Of a DNA stretch of 64,000 bases, positions 39,000 through 64,000 are shown piece after piece (position 1 is the stretch's first letter; each line of letters begins with the position of its first letter). The notes beneath the pieces are model-generated. The model made no database searches, had not been told where the DNA came from, and worked only from the letters and a program-made list of their open reading frames with translations. The stretch spans positions 2,172,001 through 2,236,000 of the forward strand of contig NC_058369.1 of NCBI RefSeq assembly GCF_018350175.1. Direction: 5' to 3'. A program made the position numbers and the translations under genes. This DNA comes from Felis catus (lineage: Eukaryota).

Positions 39000-39600
39000 T
39001 CAGCTGGATAAATACAGGCGAGGTGAGAAGTGCTGGAGAGTTTCTCCGCCCAGCTTTCCTTCGTGGGGCCCTATCTGGTTTCCACCGCTGTGCACCTTCC
39101 CTCGCTCACGTGAGACACAGAACCAAGACACATCGTCCCCAGCACTGAGGGACAAAACCACGAACAACGGAAAGCCGGTCTCTTGGTCAGAAATGCCCTT
39201 GAAGAACGATCTTGGGGAGGTCTCATGACCCAGCGCTGACTGTCAACTACACACGCCGAAGGAAAGACACCCTCGGATTCGATACGCCTTCAGCTACTGC
39301 TTTACTGTCCCACCAGGAGGCAGAAAGGTTTCCTCCTCTGCCATGAATGGCCTCGCCAGTGGCAGACCGTCACAGCCCAGCCCGTGAAAATACACTCCAC
39401 TTGAACGCCCGCTTCACGACAATGCGCTGTTATACCAGCCCCTCCTAGAACCCCCCCCTCCTCTACAAAAGAGCATGCCTCTCCTTTGTTCGCCAGACAC
39501 GTCTATACCCTTGCTGAAGCGTTCCTCTGCTGAACTGCTAAGGACAGATAAACATTTTTCCTGGCGAAGGAACTGTTCAGTTTTACTTTTAAGATAAACA
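39000..39600 (+). mobile_element. Probable 3' LTR of the provirus (MER34-like)
   Basis: Shares AAAAGAGCAT.CTC.CTTT and an ATAAAC...AACA end with 28860-29126; shares CTGAGGGACAAA.CCAC with 54630. Confidence 0.55.
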
Positions 39601-39911
39601 GTATTTAGTACTATTGCTTCTGAATAAGTATGGAAAAAATGACACACTCCAAAAATGAGTCACTTCCCCAGCAGGTCACATTTGAACATAAAATCTCGGG
39701 TAACGAATCAGAAAACACTTATAAAGATGTAAAAGATTGGAAAACCCAGGTAAGATGCTTTCTAAGAAATAATGGGGGGGGGGCGATTGTTTCACAAAAA
39801 CTACAGTGTTTTGAACCACGTATTAAAAACAACAGAATTAAACACTGGGAAATCACGTGTAACAAGAGTCAGTAAGCATACTGGGTTTCTCTCTTAAGAC
39901 AGCGGCCAGCT

Positions 39912-40135
39912 GGGGGCGCCTGGGTGGCGCAGTCGGTTAAGCCTCCGACTTCAGCCAGGTCACGATCTCGCGGTCCGGGAGTTCGAGCCCCGCGTCAGGC
40001 TCTGGGCTGATGGCTCAGAGCCTGGAGCCTGTTTCCGATTCTGTGTCTCCCTCTCTCTCTGCCCCTCCCCCGTTCATGCTCTGTCTCTCTCTGTCCCCAA
40101 AATAAATAAACGTTGAAAAAAAATTTTTTTTTAAA
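39912..40135 (+). mobile_element. Young felid SINE (SINEC_Fc type)
   Basis: Near-consensus; 16-bp TSD AAGACAGCGGCCAGCT. Confidence 0.95.
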
Positions 40136-40374
40136 AAGACAGCGGCCAGCTATAGAGGAAAACTCCCACAAACTGCCAAATACACTCACAGGTGCTAATT
40201 CCAATCACGGAAACATCCAGAAAGAAGACAGGCAGGGTCAGCACAGCCTCTCCGCAATGCAACCAGGGACAGAGGTTTCCTGCATCTGTGGCTACAGCCT
40301 TTGGTCTGAGGGAGGCAGGACACAGACCTACCGAGATGCTCACCACAGAAATCACGTACGAGGAAAAGCATGGA

Positions 40375-40585
40375 GGGGCGTCTGGGTGGCTCAGTTGGTG
40401 AAGCGTCCAACTCTCAATTTCGATTCAGGTCATGACTTCACGGTTCGTGAGATCGAGCCCTGAAGTCGGGCTCTGTGCTGACAGTGAGGAGCCCCCTTGG
40501 GGTTCTGTCTCCCTCTCTCTGCCCCTCCACCGCTCACTCTCTCTCTCAAAAAAAAAAAAAAGTAAAATGAACATTTTTAAGAAAA
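40375..40585 (+). mobile_element. CanSINE
   Basis: SINEC head and A tail; flank GAAAAG(C/T)ATGGAG duplicated. Confidence 0.85.
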
Positions 40586-41070
40586 GTATGGAGATGAAGG
40601 GGTCACAGGATAAGAGAGCTCGCTAAGCACGACAGCCTGAAGAGACGGCCTCACGGACACAAAGAGTCACAGGGCAACGCAAGGATCCGTGGGGACCGGG
40701 AAGCCAAGACGATCTGTCACGGGACAGCTCGTGGAAGTCTCTGGAACATGCTAACAAGAACTAACGTCAAACTTTTCCTACACGGGGGCTGTTCCAGACG
40801 GCAGACCAGAAGCCAGGACAACACGCCGTGACTCAGGCCCACTGGGTCCCCATGCGTCTGTCCCCTGGTGTCACGGAAGGATGGAGAATCACGGTTCCTC
40901 ACCGCTGCTCTCCAAGCCCCACACAGCTTCTCTGCTCAGGGCCTTCCTCTCAGAGCCGCACAGAGGAGGACTCTGGGACATACGGCCTCCCGCCTCACAA
41001 GGCTCACGACGAAACCCAGCAGAACCAGCCGGACACTAGCTTTCCACTTCAAGCCACAAGGTTTCTCTTC

Positions 41071-41102
41071 TTTTTTTTTTTTTTTTAAGTGTATGTATTT
41101 AC

Positions 41103-41146
<44 letters not shown>

Positions 41147-41256
41147 GTCAGCGCAGAGCCTGACACGGGGCTCAATCCCACGAACCGCAAGCTCATGACC
41201 TGAGAGCCAAAATCAAGAGTGGGGCGCTTAACCCACTGAGCCACCCAGGCACCCCC
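41071..41256 (-). mobile_element. CanSINE with expanded (GA)n
   Basis: Minus SINEC; flank GTTTCTCTTC duplicated. Confidence 0.85.
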
Positions 41257-42474
41257 AACAGAGTTTCTCTTCGTAACTCAATGGGTCATGACTGATGAAC
41301 AACCGAGATCAAGGGCGATGAGCGGAGGTCAAACCATGAACACGATCAGAGGAGACTGTCCTCCTCCAGTATCTCCAGTATCCTTGCGCGTTTACTAACG
41401 TCCATGGGGAACACAGGTGGGCACACGGCAGCAACAGCACACGTGGAGACACAACTTTCAATAATAAAGACCGCAAGGAGGGGCAGGGCGGAGTCGGGGA
41501 GTTCCGGTCTCTGCACCAGAGGACGAGATACACGTACAGACCACTGATCAGCCCTGGGTCCAGAAGACATCGTCGTGGAGACACGTTTGCCATAACTGTA
41601 TGCGGTTTTCGGATCTGAGATAACAAAATAATGCCCTACAGGTGAGAAGGACACAGTGGGATGCTTCTTAGGCATGCGCTGGAATTAACGCACTTGGGAT
41701 CCCTGTAAGGAAGAGGCATTTGCAAAGACAAATCCATATTTACAACAATTAGAAGATGCCGGGGCTGCCTGACCTGCCGTGGACAAAATACGTGACCTAC
41801 GATCCTTCCAAGCTTTTCCGACACTTTTCCCATCGAGAAGATTTCTCTCCGTGGTGTTTGCTCATGTTTTAAATATGACTATTGGGGGAGAATGCAGGCT
41901 TTGCCACAGGTGCTGTGCTCAGGGCTAGTCCCCAGTGTGTGCGTGCTCACAGGTTCCTGGGATGCCCGAAGGCTTTTCCACGGTCCCTCCGTTCTCAGGC
42001 TACACTTCGCCGTGTTTTCCTTCACACGTGTCCTCGGTGGGAGGAGGGACGACTGGGGGCTCTCCCACAGTGCCCGGTGTGAGTCGTCACACGCTCCCGC
42101 AGGTCTCCGGGGCACTGGAAGGCCCCACCAGAGTCCTCAGATTCACCGGCTCACCGTCCACTGTGCAGCCTCACGTGTTCTTGACGGGAGCCGTGACGCC
42201 TGAACGTCTTCCCACAGTGCTGACCTTCAAAGGGTCTCTCCCCACCGTGCGTCCTCCAAGGAAGGAGTAAACCCGCTACGCTTTCCCACACTCTTTACTC
42301 TCCTAGGGTTTCACGCAACTGTATCTCAAATGACTTTGCAAATGCTGGAGCTGCCTGAAAGCTCTCCCACACTACTCGCAAGCGTCTCTCCCCAGCGTGC
42401 GTTGTTCCGTATCGAAGGAATGAAGAACAATAGAACGGATTAGGAACGACACTCCGTACTTTCAGATGTTTGAC

Positions 42475-58689
<16,215 letters not shown>

Positions 58690-59400
58690 CTCGCGGCCGC
58701 ACACGGAGCTCTCCGGGCGTCCTCCTCTTGATCCCGCGACCCGGCGACTCCGCGGCCCTCACGTGCCCCTCCTCCAACCGAGGAGCTAGCGGACCGGAAA
58801 ACTGGGTGAGCGCGGGACAAGCGCACACCAGCAGCCACGACTCAGAGCTCACACTCACCGAGCGGGATGGCATCACCCCATCCCCCACCCACCAGGGCCT
58901 GATTGGAGTGTTTCCGGACCCGGTAATATAAATGCACCGCGCTATGCGCCCCCAAGCACGGATTGGGCGTTGCTTCAGGCAATGCGATCCGATTGGATGC
59001 TGTTCCGAAGATAACTCCCCACCACCTCGATTGGACAATTCTCCGAGACACCGCACTGCCGCACTGTGATAGGGCAGCCTGAGGCCCTTCACGTTCTGAT
59101 TGGAGGGTGGTCCCGGCACCGCCCCTGTGGCGCCAGATTGGGCAGATCCCCCAGGCCCCGCCTCCTACGCCCTGAGTGACGGGCCGGCGGTACACACGTG
59201 TCTGATCCGCCCGCCCTGAGGTCGGCTCCGGCCGAACGCCCTCCTGGCCCGCTGACCCGCCTGCCTCTTCCTTTGTCCCGGGAATCTGACTCGGTTTCTC
59301 CGCGGAGCCTGCCCAGTCCCGCGCCGGATCGGAACGAGACAGAGCAGAAGGGCCTGGTGACGGTTGTGTCTGTGGTCGACACGCGGGCGAGGTGAAGGTG
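58690..59400 (-). promoter_or_regulatory. CpG-island promoter of gene B with 6 CCAAT boxes
   Basis: ATTGG at 58902, 58962, 58992, 59030, 59099, 59137; GC boxes; dense CpG from 58150 to 59400. Confidence 0.8.
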
Positions 59401-59765
59401 CCCCTGTCCCCCGTTTAAGAACAGTTCAATGACCAGTGATGTCACGGAACAGAAGATAAGGTCTCCCAGCGTTTTGACCTGACTCCTGACACCGCAAGGC
59501 CCCGCTCCCACTTCTCTGTCCCCAGGTCAACCAAACATGCCCGTGCTCTCAGCCTCCGTGGGACATGGGACCCCCGGGCCCCAGCAGGACACAGCCACAG
59601 GTGTGACATGTTATAGTACTCAGGTGTGCGTTATATTCTGCAAGGAAAATCATCGCAGTTTGTAGTCAGTTCCTGTGAATGTGGAATGTAAAAGGCTCTA
59701 TTTCCCTTTTGTGCATAGTGCACTGATGTGGCACAGCTCTGTGACCATTCAAAAAACAGAGCACT

Positions 59766-59985
59766 GGGGCGCCTGGGTGGCGCAGTCGGTTAAGCGTCCG
59801 ACTTCAGCCAGGTCACGATCTCGCGCTCCGTGAGTTCGAGCCCCGCGTCGGGCTCCGGGCTGATGGCTCAGAGCCTGGAGCCTGTTTCCAATTCTGTGTC
59901 TCCCTCTCTCTCTGCCCCTCCCCCGTTCATGCTCTGTCTCTCTCTGTCCCAAAAATAAATAAACGTTGAAAAAAAAAAATTCAAA
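59766..59985 (+). mobile_element. Young felid SINE (SINEC_Fc type)
   Basis: Near-consensus; TSD AAAAAACAGAGCACTG. Confidence 0.95.
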
Positions 59986-60025
59986 AAACAGAGCACTGAG
60001 TTTTACTCTTAAACGTGTGAGCACC

Positions 60026-60280
60026 GGGAGCATGGGTGGCTCAGTCCATTAAGCATCTAACTCTTGGTTTGGGCTCAGGTCCTGATCTCACCGTTTGTGG
60101 GTTCATGGGTTTGCACCCCTAATCCCGCTGGTACTCCCAGTTGGGCTCCCTGCCAATGGCATGGTGCCTGCTTGGGATTCTCCCTCCCTCTCTCTGCCTC
60201 TTCCTAGCACTCTCTCTCTCAAATAAAAACACAAATAAATTTTAATAAATAAAACTAAATAAAAATAAATCTTAAAAAAA
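60026..60280 (+). mobile_element. Older CanSINE
   Basis: GGGAGCATGGGTGGCTCAG head, A-rich tail, flank GTGTGAGC duplicated. Confidence 0.8.
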
Positions 60281-60459
60281 GTGTGAGCTATGGTATGTGA
60301 ATTACAGCTCCATTTTTTCAAACAGATTTAAAGTTCAAAACAGCCATGAAACCATGTCTCCTGGTCACAACATAGTTTATGTCTCTATGGATTTGTCTAC
60401 TCTGCATTTTATATATGAGTACGTGTACATGTGAGTCTGGTCTCTTTCACATAGGCTAT

Positions 60460-60859
60460 TTTCTCTTTTTTAAATTTAAATCCCAATTAGTTAACATACA
60501 GTGTAATGATAATTACAGGAATAGAATTTAGTGATTAATCACTTACATATAACACCTAGAGTTCATCCCAACAAGTGTCCTCATTACTGCCCCTCACCCC
60601 TTAGCCTTCCCCCAACGCAACAACCCTGTTTCTCCTCTGTAATTCAGAGTCTCTTAAGGTTTGCCTCCTTCTGTTTTTATCTTATTTTTGCTTCCCTTCC
60701 TTTATGTTAATCTGTTTTGTATCTTAAATTCCATATATGAGTGAAATCATGTATTTGTCTTTCTCTGACTTATTTCGCTTAGCCTAATACACTCTAGTTC
60801 CATCCACATTGTTGCAAATGGCAAGATTTCAGTATTTTTGATCTCCAAGTAATATTCCA

Positions 60860-60909
<50 letters not shown>

Positions 60910-63900
60910 CTTTTTTATCCATTCATCAGTCGATGGACATTTGGGATCTTTCCATACTTTGGCTATTGTTGATAGTGCTGCTATAATAAATCGGGGTGCA
61001 TGTGCTCCTTTGAACCAGCACTCCTGTATCTTTTAGATAAATATGTAGTAGGTGCAATCGCTGGGTCATAGGGTAGTTCTATTTTTAATCTTTTGAGGAA
61101 CCTCCATATGTTTTCCAGAGTCACCGCACCAGTTTGCATTCCCACCAGCAGCGCAAAAGAGTTCCTCTTTCTCCACATCCTTGCTAGTATCTGTTGTTGC
61201 CTGAGATGTTTATTTTCACCATTCTGACAGGTGTGAGGTGGTATCTCTTTGTGGTTTTGATTTGTATTTCCCTGTTGATGAGTGATGTTGAGCATTTTTT
61301 CATGTGTTGGTTGGCCATCTAAATGTCTTCCTTGGAAGTGTCTACTCATGTTTTTTGCCCATTTCTTCCCTGGATTATTTCTTTTTTGGGTGTTGAGTTT
61401 GATAATTTCTTTATAGATTTGGGATACTAACCCTTTATCTGATATTTCATTTGCAAATAACTTCTCCCATTCTGTCAGTTGCCTTTTAGTTTTGCTGATT
61501 GTTTCCTTCGCTGTGCAGAAGCTTTTTATTTTGATGAGGTCCCAGTAGTTCAATTTTGCTTTTGTTTCCCTTGCCTCCAGAGCCGTGTTGAGTAAGAAGT
61601 TGCTGTGTCCAAGGTCAAAGAGGTTTTGCCTGCTTTCTCCTTGATTTGATGGCTTCCTGGCTTATGTTTAGGTCTTTGATCCATTTTGAGTTTATTTTTG
61701 TGAATGGTGTAAGAAAGTGGTCCAGGTTCATTCTTCTGCCTGTCGCTGTCCAGTTTTCCCAGCACCACTTGCTGAAGAGACTGTCTTTATTCCACTGGAT
61801 ATTCTTTCCTGCTTTGTCAAAGATTAGTTGGCCATACGTTTCTGGGTCCATTTCTGCGTTCTCTATTCTGTTCTATTGATCTGCGTGTCTGTTCTTGTGC
61901 CAGTATCATACTGTCTTGATGATTACAGCTTTGTGATACAGATTGAAGAGCGGGATTGCGATGCCTCCAGCATTGGTTTTCTTTTTCAGGATTGCTCTGG
62001 CTATTTGGGGTCTTTCCAGTTTCCGTACAAATTTTAGGATTTAGCTCTGCGAAGAATGCTGGTGCTATGTTGATAGGGATTGCACTGAATATGTAGATTG
62101 CTTTGGGTAGGTACTGACATTTTAACAATAGTTTTCCAATCCATCAGCATGGAATGTTTTTCAGTTGTTTTGTGTCTTCTTCCGATTTCTTTCATAAACT
62201 TTTTTTTTGTTTTTAACGTTCGTTTATTTTTGAGAGAGGATGAGCATGGGAGGGGCAGAGAAAGAGGGAAACAGAGGATCCAAAGCAGGCTCTGTGCTGA
62301 GAGCAGAGAGCCTGATGTGGCAACTGAACTCACAAACCATGAGATCATGACCTGAGCCAAACTCAGACCCTTAACCTACTAAGCCACCCAGGTACCCCTA
62401 TTTCATAAGCTTTCTAGAGTTTTCAGTATATAGATTTTTCACCTCTTTGGTTAGGTTTACTCCTAGGTATTTCATGGGTTTTGGTGCAATTGTAAATGGG
62501 ATCAATTCCTTGATTTCTCTTTCTGTTGCTGCATTATTAGTGTGTAGAAATGCAAACAATTTCTGCACATTGATTTTATGTCCTGCAACTTTGCTGACCT
62601 CATGTATCACTTCTAGCAGTGTTTTGCTGGAGTCTTTTGGGTTTTCCACATAGAGTATCATGTCTTCTGCAAACAGTGAAAGTTTGACTTCCTCCTTGCT
62701 GATTTGGATGCCTTCCATTTCTTTGTGTTGTCTGATTGCTAAGGCTAGGACTTCCAACACTATGTTGAATAATAGTGGTGAGAGTGGACATCCTTGTCAT
62801 GTTCCTGACCTTAGGGAGAAAACTCTCAGTTTTTCCCCATTGAGGATGATATTAGCTGTGGGTCTTTCGCATGTGGCCTTTATGATCTTGAGGTATAATC
62901 CTTCTATGCCTACTTTCTTGAGGGATTTTATCAAGAAAGGATGCTGTATTTTGTCAAATGCTTTTTCAGCATCTATTGAGAGTATCCTGTGGTTCTTATC
63001 TTTCTTTTATTAATGTGATGTATCACATTGATTGTTTTGTGGATATTGAACCAGCCCTGCAACCCAGGTATAAATCCCACAGGGTCATGGTGAATAATTT
63101 TCTTAATGTATTGTTGGATCCGGTTGGCTAGTATCTTGTTGAGGATTTTTGCATCCATGTTCATCAGAGAAATTGGTCTGTGGTTCTCGTTTTTAGTGGA
63201 GTCTTTATCTGGTTCTGGAATCAAGGTAATGCTGGCCTTGTAGAATGAGTTTGGAACTTTTCCTCCCATTTCTTTTTTTTCTTTTTTTTTTTTTCTTTTT
63301 CTTTCTTTTTTTTTTTTTTTTTTTGAAACATCTTCAAAAGAACAGGTGTTGTTAACTCTCCTTAAGAGTGGTAGAATTGCCCTGGAAAGCCATCTGGCCC
63401 TCCACTCTTGTTTGTTGAAGGGTTTTTTGTGTTTTTTTTTTGTTAATTTTTTTTTATGTTTTTTTTTTTTATTTTTGAAGGACAGACAGAGCATGAGCGG
63501 GGGAGGAGCAGGGAGAGAGGGAGACACAGAATTTGAAGCAGGCTCCAGGTTCTGAGCTGTCAGCACAGAGCCCAATGCGGGGCTCGAACTCACGAACCAT
63601 GAGATCATGACCTGAGCCGAAGTCGGACATTTAACCGACTGAGCCATCCAGGCGCCCCAAAGGGTTTTTGATTACTGATTTAATTTCTTTACTGGTTATG
63701 GGTCTGTTCAAATTTTCTATTTCTTCCTGTTTCAGTTTTGGTAGGTTATATGTTTCTAAGACTCTGTCCATTTCTTCCAGATTGCCCAATTTGTTGGCAT
63801 ATAATTGTTCATCATATTCTCTTACTATTGTTTGTATTTCTGCTGTGTTGGTTGTGATCTCTCCTCTTTTATTCGTGATTTTATTTATTTGGGTCCTTCC

Positions 63901-64000
63901 TCTTTTCTTTTTAATCAATCTGACTAGGGGTTTATCAATTTTGTTAAGTCTTTCAAAGAACCAGCTCCTGGTTTCATTGATCTGTTCTACTGTTTTTTTG
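60460..64000 (-). mobile_element. Carnivore L1, ORF2 (RT to C-terminus) + 3' UTR, disrupted; SINEs at 62195-62398 and 63420-63658; continues off the right edge
   Basis: ORFs with [38 protein letters not shown] (RT FADD motif altered), [24 protein letters not shown]; multiple frameshifts. Confidence 0.95.

Larger units (their letters stand above)
28560..39600 (+). mobile_element. Decayed class I (gamma-like, MER34/MER4-group-like) ERV provirus with nested insertions
   Basis: 5' LTR ending GGTCAAC ~29126; PBS-like CGGTGTCAGAA; gag MGSQSSK at 30562, QWPLLET, WDVYF..LEASK, PGFSDLYQL.HML; RT remnants at 35980-36510; related LTR at 39000-39600. Confidence 0.75.

Noticed and set aside
60864..60906. 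(GT)n microsatellites (also 29876, 34705, 48144) and (TATC)n at 30279
   Set aside because: Ordinary microsatellites inside L1/LTR copies; no further significance evident
60460..64000. Potentially active L1
   Set aside because: ORF2 fragmented by frameshifts and two SINEs; catalytic motif reads FAED

Overview
Mammalian genomic DNA, almost certainly from a felid: it carries dozens of cat-type tRNA-derived CanSINEs and carnivore L1s. The window is part of a tandem KRAB C2H2 zinc-finger cluster resembling human ZNF77 (ZNF554/555/556/57/77 family), with three paralogous units, all on the minus strand. Unit 1 shows only its promoter and ATG-only first exon (~4.1 kb); the gene runs off the left edge. 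Unit A (23999 to 12760; 17 intact fingers plus 1 degenerate) has an in-frame TAG in exon 3 and a 1-bp frameshift in exon 4, so it is probably a recent pseudogene. Unit B (58689 to 42475) is intact, 440 aa with KRAB-A and 6 canonical fingers, ends at a GGA>TGA change, and has fossil fingers in its 3' UTR. Each unit has a CpG-island promoter with 4-6 CCAAT boxes. Between A and B lies an ~11-kb decayed class I ERV provirus (LTR, PBS, gag, pol, LTR) with nested solo LTRs, L1s and SINEs. The most unusual signals are an 8-unit NF-Y (CAGCCAATGAG) array beside an L1 fragment remodelled into a CpG island in gene B intron 1, patchy near-identity between paralogs around the KRAB exon, and modular finger duplication in gene A. 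Repeat-family names and ZNF77 similarity come from recall, not database searches; repeat boundaries without TSDs are approximate.
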